From NCBI GenBank assembly GCA_009840355.1, contig VXNZ01000033.1, positions 14,580 through 78,579 of the forward strand: a stretch of DNA of 64,000 nt, written 5' to 3'. The notes below the pieces were generated by a model. It saw nothing but the letters and a program-made list of their open reading frames with translations. It had not been told where the DNA came from and searched no databases. Both the position numbers and the translations under genes were made by a program. The stretch is from Chloroflexota bacterium. GTDB lineage: Bacteria > Chloroflexota > Dehalococcoidia > Lucifugimonadales > JADFKI01. Below, piece after piece: positions 9,238 to 19,223 of the stretch (within the stretch, counting starts at the first letter, position 1; each line of letters opens with the position of its first letter).

Positions 9238-12200
9238 ATGTTCACCCACCTTCATGTCCACACCGAATACAGCATGATTGACGGCCTCAGTCGTATCGAA
9301 GACCTTGTGCTGCGTACCAAAGAACTCGGTATGGACAGCCTCGCCATGACAGACCATGGCGGTATGTACGGCGCAATCGACTTCTATAAGACTGCGAAGA
9401 AGCACGATGTCAAGCCCATTATCGGGTGTGAGGTGTATGTTGCACCGGACAACCGTCACGAGCGCAGCTCCAACAATAGATCGCCGTATCACATGACCAT
9501 ACTGTCTCAGAACGAGCGCGGCTACCACAACCTGCTCAAGCTTGTGTCGAAGTCCAATCTCGAAGGCTTTTACTACAAGCCGCGCATCGACCGCGAACTG
9601 CTGGAAGAGCACAATGAAGGGCTAATCGTGCTGTCCGGCTGTCCCGCCGGCGAAGTGCCGCGCGCGCTAACCAATGGCGATATGGAAAGAGCGCTCGACA
9701 CCGCCGCGTGGTACAAGGAACTGCTGGGTGGGCGATACTTCCTTGAGCTGATGAGCCACAACAATGTCCCCCAACTGCCGCAGATTAACAAGGGATTGAT
9801 GGAACTTCACCGGCAGCTGGACATCCCCTTCGTCGCGACCAACGATTCGCACTATACGCACAAACACGACGCGAAATTTCAGGACATCTTAATCTGCATC
9901 CAGACGAACACGAATGTCGCAGACTCGGGGCGGATGCAGATGGCCGATTCGTATTACTTACGCAGCCCTGAAGAAATGGCAGAGCTCTTTAAGGAACTGC
10001 CGGACGCCATTTCCAACACGCAGCGCATCGCCGAGATGTGTGATCTGAGTTTGGACTTCTCGCAAATGCGCCTGCCCGAATACCCCGTGCCGGACGGGCT
10101 GACCGCCGACGAATACTTGGCGAAGATATGCTACGAAGGCTTGGCAACGCGCATCCCCAACGCCGGCGAAGCAGAGCACGAACGCCTTGCTTACGAACTC
10201 GAAGTCATCCGGCAGACGCAGTTCCCGGACTACTTCCTCGTCGTCTGGGACATAGCCAAGTTCGTGCACCAGCGCGACATATTCTTTGCCGTGCGTGGCA
10301 GCGCGGCAGCAAGCCTTGTGCTGTACTGCCTCGGCGTAACCGATGTCAACCCGCTTCCCTACCAGCTCGTATTCGAGCGTTTCCTGAATGTCGAGCGCAA
10401 GGAAATGCCCGACATCGACATGGACTTCCAGGACGATCGCCGCGAAGAGGTCATCAACTATGTCGTCGAAAAATACGGCAAAGAGCACGTGGCGCAGATA
10501 ATCACCTTCGGCACATTCGGCGCGAAGGGCGGCGTCCGCGATGTCGCGCGCGCGCTCGCAATGCCATACAGTGACGGCGACCGCGTGGCGAAACTCATAC
10601 CCAACCGCCTCAATATCACGCTGAAAGACGCGCTGGAGCAGAGCGCGGAGCTGAAGGAAAAATACGACGCAGACGATGATGTCGCCAAGATAGTGGACAC
10701 CGCGATGGGCTTGGAAGGCTTGACGCGCCACGCAGGAACACATGCAGCCGCGGTGCTAATCTCGCAAGAGCCGCTTGACGAAATCGTGCCGCTGCAGCGT
10801 CCGGCTCGCAGCGCAGACGACGGCAGCGGCGTCGCAGTTACGCAGTATTCCATGGATCCATGCGCCGACCTTGGTCTGCTGAAAATGGACTTCCTCGGTC
10901 TCACCAACCTGACCATTCTCGCCAACGCTCGCGACCTTATCGCCGAGACTAGGGGCATCAATTTCGCGCTAACCGAGATACCGCTTAACGACGGCGCGAC
11001 ATTCGACTTGCTTTCCCGAGGCGAGACAGTCGGCGTTTTCCAATTGGAAGGCGACGGCATGACGCGCTACATCAAGGAGTTGAAGCCCAGCGCGCTGAGC
11101 GATGTAGCCGCCATGATTGCGCTCTATCGCCCAGGTCCGATGGAGCACATTTCCACCTTCATCGACTCCAAGCATGGCCGCGCCGTGCCGCACTATCCTC
11201 ACCCGGCGCTGAAGGACATCTTGGAAGAGACATACGGCGTCATCGTCTATCAGGACCAGGTGCTGCAAATCGCGCGCACATTCGCCGGATATTCGCTCGG
11301 GCAGGCGGACATCGTGCGCAAGGCGATGGGCAAGAAAATCCCCGAGATTATGGCAGAGGAAAAGCAAAATTTCCTGAAGGGCGCGCTCGAACAAGGCTAC
11401 ACGCAGGCGATGGCGGAAGAGATTTTCGCGCTCATTGAACCGTTCGCCGGGTATGCCTTCAATAAGGCGCACAGCGTCAGCTACGGGCTAATCTCATATT
11501 GGACTGCCTATCTCAAGGCGAACTTCCCCATCGAATATATGGCTGCGCTCCTCAACTCGTCCAAAGATAGCTCCGACAAGATTGCGTCCGTAGTCGCGGA
11601 ATGTCGCCGAATGAGCGTCTCTGTCCTGCCACCCAGCGTCAACAAGAGCGAAGTCAACTATTCCATTGATACCGACGCGGACGGCAACGACGCAATTCGC
11701 TGGGGGTTGTCCGCAGTGAAGGGCGTGGGCGAAGGCGCGGTTTTACCGCTGGTCGCCGACCGCAAGGAAGCCGGTGAGTTCTCCTCGATAGAAGACCTTT
11801 GTCAGTCTGTCGATCTCAGTCGCGTGGGCAAGAAGGCGCTCGAAAGCCTAATCCGCGCCGGCGCTCTCGACGAGTTCGGCGATCGCACGGGAATGGACGA
11901 GGCGCTAGACCGCATTATTTCGCTGTCGAAGAGTGAAGCGGGCATGCGCAATTCCCAGCAGGCGTCGATGTTCGACATGATGGGCGCTTCGATGCCCGCC
12001 GAACTAGCCAGCATCGACATTCCCAATCGACACACAACCGATGTGGAGAAAAGCCAATGGGAACGAGAGTTGCTCGGCGTGTCCACATCGAACAGCGCGC
12101 TCTTCGATCTGCTGACGCAAAGAGCCGGACCAAGCGACATCGTAGCGATTGAAGACCTGAAATCCGTCGCGGCGGGCAGGCGCGTGAAAGTAACTGGCAT

Positions 12201-13368
12201 AGTGTCCGGCGTGAACCGCCGCGAGACACGCAAAGGGCAACCATTCGCCATTGTGTCGCTGTCTCTGCTTGACGGCGAGCAGGAAGTGTTCGTCTGGGAA
12301 GATGAGCTGAAAGCCACCGGCCATCTCTGGGAAGATGGCAAGCTGGTTACGGTAACCGGCAACGTGCGCCACCGCGACGACAACATCAGCGTAAGCTGCT
12401 CAGAAGCACACGAAATCGTGCTGTCCGAAACCAACGCCTCAGCCCCCAATGGGGCAGAAAGTGAAGGCGCCTCCAAAAACGGCGCAGCGAACAACGACAT
12501 GGCAGAGAACGGTATTGCAAACGATGTCGTTCCCGTGAATGGTGCATCTGTCAGCGAGGCGAACGGCAACGGAATGTCAACTAACGGTGTGTCGGCGAAT
12601 GACAGCACGGTCAACGACGCAACGCAGACCGGCACGAATGGCAACGGCGCATTTGCATATGGCACATCGGACTACGACGCACCGGCAGATGCAACGGCCG
12701 GCGAGACCGAATCGCGCGACAATGATGAACCGGAGGCACAAGCGGCGGCGGCAAATGGCGCAACTTCACTCTCGCAAGACTGGCAGCCTTCACACGACGC
12801 CGTGACCAACGATCTGCCGGAAGGCACACCAAGCGCCCAGCCCTCTAGTCCTACCGTATCGGAGACTAACGGCACATACAGCGAAAGTGCGCCTAGCAGT
12901 GAGTCGGACGATGCTCCGCCTTGGGATGAGTCTGCGCCGACCAATGATGGGATAAGCGGGACAAACGGGGCAGGCAGCACGACAGATAGCACGAATGTAA
13001 CGAACGGCACCAACGGATACACGCCGCAAAACGACAATGACGCGAGCGATGGAGCAAGCGTCCTTCCTTCCCGACCTGTCGAAGTAAGTACACCAATGCC
13101 TGCCGAAGCCGGACAGCGCTTGCTGCTGCGCCTGACCGAAGGCGAGCCCGAGCATGACAGGCGAATGCTGCAAATCCTGAGCAGCATCCTGATGGACTAC
13201 CAAGGCGAGTGCGAGGTAACGCTCGAAATCGCGACTGCAGGGCACATTGTCGAAATGGACTGGCCCGCCGTACGCGTCCGCGCCAACGACGAACTGATAG
13301 CGCGCCTGAACAACGAAGCTCTGGGCACCGCCGGCGAAGCGCGCCTCATGGAAATCAGTAATGAATGA
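9238..13368 (+). CDS. dnaE: DNA polymerase III alpha subunit with an unusual ~225-aa low-complexity insert before the C-terminal domain
   Basis: 1376 aa. PHP domain start MFTHLHVHTEYSMIDG, polymerase core, OB fold. N/G/S/T/D-rich region at about aa 1063-1288. Confidence 0.95.
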   Translation: MFTHLHVHTEYSMIDGLSRIEDLVLRTKELGMDSLAMTDHGGMYGAIDFYKTAKKHDVKPIIGCEVYVAPDNRHERSSNNRSPYHMTILSQNERGYHNLLKLVSKSNLEGFYYKPRIDRELLEEHNEGLIVLSGCPAGEVPRALTNGDMERALDTAAWYKELLGGRYFLELMSHNNVPQLPQINKGLMELHRQLDIPFVATNDSHYTHKHDAKFQDILICIQTNTNVADSGRMQMADSYYLRSPEEMAELFKELPDAISNTQRIAEMCDLSLDFSQMRLPEYPVPDGLTADEYLAKICYEGLATRIPNAGEAEHERLAYELEVIRQTQFPDYFLVVWDIAKFVHQRDIFFAVRGSAAASLVLYCLGVTDVNPLPYQLVFERFLNVERKEMPDIDMDFQDDRREEVINYVVEKYGKEHVAQIITFGTFGAKGGVRDVARALAMPYSDGDRVAKLIPNRLNITLKDALEQSAELKEKYDADDDVAKIVDTAMGLEGLTRHAGTHAAAVLISQEPLDEIVPLQRPARSADDGSGVAVTQYSMDPCADLGLLKMDFLGLTNLTILANARDLIAETRGINFALTEIPLNDGATFDLLSRGETVGVFQLEGDGMTRYIKELKPSALSDVAAMIALYRPGPMEHISTFIDSKHGRAVPHYPHPALKDILEETYGVIVYQDQVLQIARTFAGYSLGQADIVRKAMGKKIPEIMAEEKQNFLKGALEQGYTQAMAEEIFALIEPFAGYAFNKAHSVSYGLISYWTAYLKANFPIEYMAALLNSSKDSSDKIASVVAECRRMSVSVLPPSVNKSEVNYSIDTDADGNDAIRWGLSAVKGVGEGAVLPLVADRKEAGEFSSIEDLCQSVDLSRVGKKALESLIRAGALDEFGDRTGMDEALDRIISLSKSEAGMRNSQQASMFDMMGASMPAELASIDIPNRHTTDVEKSQWERELLGVSTSNSALFDLLTQRAGPSDIVAIEDLKSVAAGRRVKVTGIVSGVNRRETRKGQPFAIVSLSLLDGEQEVFVWEDELKATGHLWEDGKLVTVTGNVRHRDDNISVSCSEAHEIVLSETNASAPNGAESEGASKNGAANNDMAENGIANDVVPVNGASVSEANGNGMSTNGVSANDSTVNDATQTGTNGNGAFAYGTSDYDAPADATAGETESRDNDEPEAQAAAANGATSLSQDWQPSHDAVTNDLPEGTPSAQPSSPTVSETNGTYSESAPSSESDDAPPWDESAPTNDGISGTNGAGSTTDSTNVTNGTNGYTPQNDNDASDGASVLPSRPVEVSTPMPAEAGQRLLLRLTEGEPEHDRRMLQILSSILMDYQGECEVTLEIATAGHIVEMDWPAVRVRANDELIARLNNEALGTAGEARLMEISNE

Positions 13369-13397
13369 GCGCGTCAAATAAGTGCGCGATCCCTCAA

Positions 13398-13430
13398 CTT
13401 CCTTCCCCTATGTAATGTGTAGGAAGGGAG
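13398..13430. terminator. Hairpin between convergent dnaE and ogt (member of the CCCTTCC/GGAAGGG repeat family)
   Basis: CTTCCTTCC ... GGAAGGGAG, 9 bp including one G-U pair, 15-nt loop. Confidence 0.4.
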
Positions 13431-13479
13431 TGTCTCGTATCCCACTTACGGCTCGACAGCAAGAGTTGCCGCGTAGTCG

Positions 13480-13986
13480 TTAGCCCTCCAAGTCCATCAG
13501 GCGCTGTTTCAGGTCCAACCGCTCCCTGCCTTTGCCGAAGCCGCGCAGGCTGCCGTCGCTTGCGATTACGCGGTGGCAGGGTATGATGATGGCGAGACGG
13601 TTTCGCGCCATCGCTTGGCCGGCGGCTCTTGGCGCAAGCGCATTGCCTGCTTGTTCCGCCAGCCACTTGTAGGTGCGCGTCTCGCCTTTGGGAATTGTGC
13701 GGCATGCGTGCCATGCGGCTTGGTGGAACGGCGATGCGTCATCCACATCGATGGGTTCGTCCGCGAAACTGACATCTTCGCCGCAGAAGTAGCGGGCAAG
13801 TTTTTCCTTGATACCCTCGAAACGCGTTGGCGATGGTGTCGCATCCGTTATCGCGTTGCCCATCTGCTCAATGCAATCTTCAGGGAACGCTTGGGGGAGT
13901 GTGCTTTGCCGCAAGCCTTTGTCGGACGCGACCAAGCCCATCCAACCCGCCGGCGTTTCGAATATGTCATAGTAAGTAGTCGTCAT
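13480..13986 (-). CDS. ogt: Methylated-DNA--protein-cysteine methyltransferase
   Basis: PCHRVIASDGSLRGFG active-site motif. ATG 13986 overlaps the stop of the upstream gene (ATGA). Confidence 0.85.
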   Translation of the reverse strand: MTTTYYDIFETPAGWMGLVASDKGLRQSTLPQAFPEDCIEQMGNAITDATPSPTRFEGIKEKLARYFCGEDVSFADEPIDVDDASPFHQAAWHACRTIPKGETRTYKWLAEQAGNALAPRAAGQAMARNRLAIIIPCHRVIASDGSLRGFGKGRERLDLKQRLMDLEG

Positions 13987-16571
13987 TCTTGACTTCCTCC
14001 GGGCAGCAGGCGCCTGAAGGCGCGCGATACCAGCGCGCCGCGAATGCTCCGCCACGCCTGCTCCATCTCGTCCGTGTCGCTGCTGCCATCGTTGTCGTCT
14101 GCGGTGTCCGGTCGTGCGCCGCTTGTGTAGCGCAGCGCCGCGAACTCGCGACCTATGCTCTGTGCACCCGCGCCGGATTCACCGAGCGCCCGCGCCACCA
14201 TCGCCGAATATTCGTTAGGTGTTTGGTATGCTCTGCGCCGTAAGCCTGCCAGTGTGCCTAGCCTGTTCATGCGCGTGTATGCTCTTTCGACTGTGGACAA
14301 TCTGCGCAGACCTAGATTCCATATCACATACAGCAGCAGCCAGACTGCGCCTGCCGCGCCAACTACGATGCCCGCTCGCGTGCCGATGGCGACGATGTCG
14401 ATGTTCGCGAGGAAATCGCTGCCGAATGTCGCGCCGCTGTTTATGCGCGACAACCCCGGCCCTCCGATGTCGTCGAACGGGTCCAGAAACTCGGACGGGT
14501 CGGCGATGCCGTCGGTGCCGCCGGTGGCAGAAAGCGCCAGTGCTTCCGGCGCCGCCGCGAACTGCCGCTCGTGCTCTGGCCAGCGCGGTGTCGGCTCGAA
14601 GTCAATCCAGCCGTACTCGGGGAAGAACACCTGCACCCAGCCGTGGCTGTCGAAGTCGCGCACCACGCGCACATTGTTCTCCGGGTCGAACTCGCCCGGC
14701 GCGTAACCGGCGGCAAGGCGCGCCGGCACATCCACCGCGCGCAGCATCACGACCATCGACGACGCGAAGTAGTCGCTGTACCCGGTCTTTGTCTCAAAAA
14801 GGAAGTAGTCCACACCGTCCGCGTCTCGCGGCGGCGCTTCGATGTCTTGCGAATAGGTGAATGTTTCGCCGCGGAGATAGTCGGAAATCGCGGCAGCCTT
14901 GTCGTATGGATTGGTCGCGCCTGCCGTCAGCTCTTCAGCCTTGTCCACGACCCGCTGCGGCAGCGACTGCGGCAGCTGCAAGTAGTGATCCGTAATGAAC
15001 GCGGAATAGTCCGTGCTCGCTTCTCGCAGTTCGTCATCGGTCGCAACCGAGACATAAGACACCATCGCATACGGGTGATTTTCCGGCTGGCGTTCGGCGA
15101 ATTCCCACGAAACTATCTCCGGTATTGCGGACGCCTTACGCTCGACGTTCAAAGTCTGCAGCACCATGCCCCCATCGCTGCTGTGCTCATCCGACACGAA
15201 GCCGACGCTGTTCAGCACGAGGTCGTCCGGCAGCATCCGCGAGATATACGACTCCGCGAATCGCTGCGGCGGCTCGCCTGCATCGCGGATAGCCTGCGCG
15301 ACTTCCTGTATGTCCTCCGGCAAATTGGCGTCAGACTCCGGATTGTGCAGGTCAATAGCGAAACTCTTCGGTCGCAGCGTCTCGACTACGGCATCGTGGC
15401 TGAGCCAGTCCAAATTGCCACCGGCGAGGAAACTGTCGCTGTCGAAGGCGAGCTGCACCGTCTGCTCCACATCTTCACGCCGCAGCCATTCCGCGCGCGG
15501 TGGCGCAACCGTATCAGGTCCCACTTCGAGCTTGGTCGTCTCTCCCGCCTTCCAGCCCTGCGATGTGTACTCGCTGTAAGTGTTGGACAGCCAGTATGAC
15601 GGGTATTCCGAGCTCGCCCAGAAGACCGCTTCGCCGCCGAAGGATATGGAGCCGATGAACGGCAGCGTCGTGCCGAAGAACCTGCCCGGCACATTCTTGC
15701 GCGACGGTATGCCCGCCAGCAGCCGCGCCACATCTTCCTCAAAGCTGGAAATGGGGGAGCGCGCGGTGTTCCACCAGTTCGCCAGATCGCGCGACACATA
15801 CACCTTGAGCGGCAGCATCGCGGCGAGCACCATCACCAGCAGCGCGAACCATATCGCCGAGTGCATCGTCAGCCAGCTGTTTACCATTTCAAAGCGAATG
15901 CCGCGCAGCCGCCAGCGCTGTTCGTTCTGCACATCGTTCAACCTGACGACAAGCAGCATCGCCAGCAGCGTGAATATGAAGAATTTTGACGAGAAGTTGA
16001 TGCTTGGCGGCAGGAAGCTCAGGTTGGTGAGGATAGACACGCCGCCTAGCACCACCATCACCCAGGCGTTGGTCGCGCGGAAGACGAAGAACGAACTGAA
16101 ATACCCGATGCACCACGCCATCGTTAGCAGCGCCAGTGTAAATGGCAGCAAGTCGGTCGATATGCCGTCGTTCGTCGCCGCCTCGTACCAGACCGCAAGC
16201 CTGCCCCACATCTCAGGCAGCGATGCGAGTATCGTGCTTTCATCGGAGAGTTCCATCGCGCGCCAGACTATCAACACAGCGCCGATTGCCAATCCGACCG
16301 GATGCAGCAGTATCGCCGGCACGCGCACTTTGGCGAGTCCTAGCCCCGTTATCGCGGATATGATGAGCAGCGATTGCAGTTGCGGCACCGGCACCCACGA
16401 GCCGTCCTGCACCGACAAACCCATAATCATCAGAGCGAGCAGCAGGATTACGAAGCTCGCCCAGCCCTGTACCGGGTGGAACCTGTCGTAGATTTGCAGC
16501 AGTCTATGGCGCTGTTGTTCCGCCTCGGCGCGGCGTGGCGGCAATACCGAAGTGATGGCTTCGCTGCTCAT
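13983..16571 (-). CDS. Transglutaminase-domain membrane protein (TgpA-like, DUF3488 + TGase core)
   Basis: 862 aa; multiple N-terminal TM helices. Motif block DYFASSMVVMLRAVDVPARLAAGY...DSHGWVQVFFPEYGWIDFEPTP. Confidence 0.8.
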   Translation of the reverse strand: MSSEAITSVLPPRRAEAEQQRHRLLQIYDRFHPVQGWASFVILLLALMIMGLSVQDGSWVPVPQLQSLLIISAITGLGLAKVRVPAILLHPVGLAIGAVLIVWRAMELSDESTILASLPEMWGRLAVWYEAATNDGISTDLLPFTLALLTMAWCIGYFSSFFVFRATNAWVMVVLGGVSILTNLSFLPPSINFSSKFFIFTLLAMLLVVRLNDVQNEQRWRLRGIRFEMVNSWLTMHSAIWFALLVMVLAAMLPLKVYVSRDLANWWNTARSPISSFEEDVARLLAGIPSRKNVPGRFFGTTLPFIGSISFGGEAVFWASSEYPSYWLSNTYSEYTSQGWKAGETTKLEVGPDTVAPPRAEWLRREDVEQTVQLAFDSDSFLAGGNLDWLSHDAVVETLRPKSFAIDLHNPESDANLPEDIQEVAQAIRDAGEPPQRFAESYISRMLPDDLVLNSVGFVSDEHSSDGGMVLQTLNVERKASAIPEIVSWEFAERQPENHPYAMVSYVSVATDDELREASTDYSAFITDHYLQLPQSLPQRVVDKAEELTAGATNPYDKAAAISDYLRGETFTYSQDIEAPPRDADGVDYFLFETKTGYSDYFASSMVVMLRAVDVPARLAAGYAPGEFDPENNVRVVRDFDSHGWVQVFFPEYGWIDFEPTPRWPEHERQFAAAPEALALSATGGTDGIADPSEFLDPFDDIGGPGLSRINSGATFGSDFLANIDIVAIGTRAGIVVGAAGAVWLLLYVIWNLGLRRLSTVERAYTRMNRLGTLAGLRRRAYQTPNEYSAMVARALGESGAGAQSIGREFAALRYTSGARPDTADDNDGSSDTDEMEQAWRSIRGALVSRAFRRLLPGGSQE

Positions 16572-17671
16572 ACGCGAACCTCCGTCGCCGCCAATTCTTG
16601 CGCCTGATCCAATTCCGCGCTCGTGAACACGCGGCTCAGCGCCACGGGAATGTCTTCGCCCTTGCGCACCAGATACGGCGGTATGCCCGCCAAGTACAGG
16701 TGCGGTATCACATCGGTCGTGTTGAAGAAGCCATCGAACGATACGCCGTCTAGCAGGACAACAGCCACACGCACCCGCCGCCTCATAAGCTCACGAAGCG
16801 CGGTAACCCAGTCGGGCCTGTTCGACGGCGTAATGACGACAAGCGAGCTGTGATAGCCCCAAAGATGCTCTTCCTGCGCAAGCAGCGATTCGAGCGCGAC
16901 ACTGCCCTCGGACTTGCTCAGTGCGAGGAACTCTAGAATGCGGTCGAACTGTCCGGCGCCGGTATCCGCGGGCAGGAAGTATCGCTGGTCGCCCTGCGCA
17001 ATCAAGCCGACGGGCAGCCCTGCTTCGAGATACTTGCGGCTCAGCGATGCGCCGATGGACACGGCGTATTCGTCCGTGCTTTCATCTAGCTCGCCCGCTT
17101 GCACATCGCGGTGCAGGTCAACCAGCACCCAGACATCGCTAGACTGCCCAAGGTCGAACTCTTTGGACATCAGCTTGCCCAACTTCGCCGTGCTGCCCCA
17201 GTGGACGCGGCTGATGCTATCGCCGAACGCGTACTCGCGCACGCTTGACGCATGCGGCGTAAGGTCGTGCGAGCGCCGCCGGGTGGAACTGTCGCCGGAC
17301 AGGTCCGCCGCGGGTATGGCAAACTCGGGTATGTAGTGCGTGCGCGGATATACGATGAGATCCTCTGTGTCGCAGAAGAACCGCTCGCGCCGGAAAATGC
17401 CGAATGCGTCCGTGTTGGACACACGCACCGGACCGAGCGTATAGACGCCGCGCCTTCGTGCTGGCAATTGCGTGCGCCACGATCGGAAGCCCTTCGTGGG
17501 CAGACTGACCGCCATGCCACTGGAGTAGCCCGGCAGGTCGGTCATGTCTTCCACTTCCAAGGTCGGCTTTGGCATCGTGCTCAGGTTACGGACAGTCAGG
17601 CGCTCTTCGATATCGTCGCCCACGCGGACGCGCCGCGAGCGCCTGTCCACGCTCACTTCGAGCGACTGCAA
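16568..17671 (-). CDS. DUF58 domain protein. Conservative coordinates from the TTG at 17671; the true N-terminus probably lies near 17839 (see findings).
   Basis: VREYAFGDSISRVHWGSTAKLGKLMSKEFD motif. Sits between MoxR and the TGase gene, which is the classic operon arrangement. Confidence 0.8.
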   Translation of the reverse strand: MQSLEVSVDRRSRRVRVGDDIEERLTVRNLSTMPKPTLEVEDMTDLPGYSSGMAVSLPTKGFRSWRTQLPARRRGVYTLGPVRVSNTDAFGIFRRERFFCDTEDLIVYPRTHYIPEFAIPAADLSGDSSTRRRSHDLTPHASSVREYAFGDSISRVHWGSTAKLGKLMSKEFDLGQSSDVWVLVDLHRDVQAGELDESTDEYAVSIGASLSRKYLEAGLPVGLIAQGDQRYFLPADTGAGQFDRILEFLALSKSEGSVALESLLAQEEHLWGYHSSLVVITPSNRPDWVTALRELMRRRVRVAVVLLDGVSFDGFFNTTDVIPHLYLAGIPPYLVRKGEDIPVALSRVFTSAELDQAQELAATEVRV

Positions 17672-17840
17672 GCTGATGTAGTTCCAGATGTAGCCGAAGA
17701 TGAGCGTCAGCCCGAGAATGTAGAACAGGCGGTAAAATAGCCCGAAGCCGGTGGCAGCGCCCGTGACAACAGTCGCGGCGCAGAGCGCAATGATGAGATA
17801 GAACCGCCTCAGCAGGTAAGCCTTTGCCTCGTAAATGATG

Positions 17841-18812
17841 TCAGCTCCTGAACCAGCCCTGCGCCTGAGCGCCGGGGACCGGTATGCTGTCGGCGATTTC
17901 GTTCATGACATTGCCGGGATTGACGCCGCGCATTCGCGCCGCGGCCGACACGATAATCCTATGCCTCATTATGGGCACGATGAGCTCTTTCACATCGTCG
18001 GGCAGCACATAGTCTCTGCCGCGTATGAGCGCCAAAGCCTGCGCGCCTCTGAATAGGAACAGCGACCCGCGCGGAGATGCGCCGAGCGCGATGTCCGCGT
18101 GGTCTCGCGTGGCGGATATGATGGTTACGATGTACTGCTTGATGAGGTCGTCCACATAGACATCGCGGGTGGCGCGCTGCATTTGCTGTATCTCTTCTGC
18201 GGACGCGACCGCCTGCAGCGACTCAATCGGATGCCCGACCTGCTGCCCGTTGATGACCGCGATTTCCTCTTCGATGGACGGGTAGCCGAGCGTAATCATC
18301 ACGAAAAAACGGTCAAGCTGCGCCTCCGGCAGCGGGAATGTGCCTTCATACTCGATGGGGTTCTGCGTCGCCATTACCATGAACGGCGAGGGTACGGTGT
18401 GCGTTACGCCTTCGACGGTTACCTGCCGTTCTTCCATCGCTTCGAGCGTCGAAGACTGCGTTTTCGGCGTTGCGCGGTTGATCTCGTCCGCAAGCACAAT
18501 CTGCGCGATGATCGGTCCCTGCCGGAACTCGAAATCGCCGCTGCGCTGATTGAAGATGGATACGCCCGTAACATCGGTAGGCAGCAGGTCCGGCGTGAAC
18601 TGTATCCGCTTGAAGGAGCAGCCGGCGGATCGGGCGATGCTTCGTGCCAGCATAGTCTTGCCTACGCCCGGCACGTCTTCTATCAGCGCGTGTCCCTCGC
18701 ACATAAGCGCGATAACACCTAGCTCGATTGCCTGATCCTTGCCGATAATCACACGCTTAACATTGTCCACAATCAGTTGGGCGATTCCTCGCGCGGTTTC
18801 AACTTGCTGCAA
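17841..18812 (-). CDS. MoxR-family AAA+ ATPase
   Basis: 323 aa; Walker [10 protein letters not shown], Walker [10 protein letters not shown]; TTG start preceded by GAGGAGAGG. Confidence 0.9.
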   Translation of the reverse strand: MQQVETARGIAQLIVDNVKRVIIGKDQAIELGVIALMCEGHALIEDVPGVGKTMLARSIARSAGCSFKRIQFTPDLLPTDVTGVSIFNQRSGDFEFRQGPIIAQIVLADEINRATPKTQSSTLEAMEERQVTVEGVTHTVPSPFMVMATQNPIEYEGTFPLPEAQLDRFFVMITLGYPSIEEEIAVINGQQVGHPIESLQAVASAEEIQQMQRATRDVYVDDLIKQYIVTIISATRDHADIALGASPRGSLFLFRGAQALALIRGRDYVLPDDVKELIVPIMRHRIIVSAAARMRGVNPGNVMNEIADSIPVPGAQAQGWFRS

Positions 18813-19005
18813 CAGCCTCTCCTCAAGAAAAGAAATGACGGCGAAATTGCCTAATTCGCCACGAATCGCCGCAGGAACGCTCGGCGCTCACAACTATCAT
18901 AATGGAAAATCGTGTGCGTGTCATATTGGAGGATATTCTCACAGAGATTTCGCAAATCCCTAATGTTGTCATCGGCAGTACTTTTATGTCACCGCATTAT
19001 ATTTG

Positions 19006-19092
19006 TGTCATTCCGAACGCTGTGAGGAATCTGAAATCGTTGAATGCAAACCCGTTTCCGACTTTAGATTTCTCGCTTCGCTCGAAATGACA
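19006..19092. repeat. Palindromic MITE-like repeat (GTCATTCYGAACGC...GCGMTCGAAATGAC), copy 1
   Basis: Termini TGTCATTCCGAACG / CGCTCGAAATGACA and inner arms GTGAGGAATCT / AGATTTCTCGC are inverted. Second copy at 24196..24322. Confidence 0.6.
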
Positions 19093-19223
19093 GACCTAAA
19101 CTGCATTTATGAAATCGTCTCGTACACACCCCAACTTGACATTCAGCCCATATAAACAGAAAATCAGGGCGACTCGGCAGGCGCCGCGAACGACGAACTC
19201 CGCTGCTATTACAGGAGACATTA

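Noticed and set aside
9958-13377. Minus-strand ORFs of 145-287 aa inside dnaE
   Set aside because: Antisense shadows. The ones over 12.4-13.2 kb simply mirror the low-complexity insert.
14155-16607. Several 180-340-aa plus-strand ORFs
   Set aside because: Antisense to the transglutaminase-domain gene.
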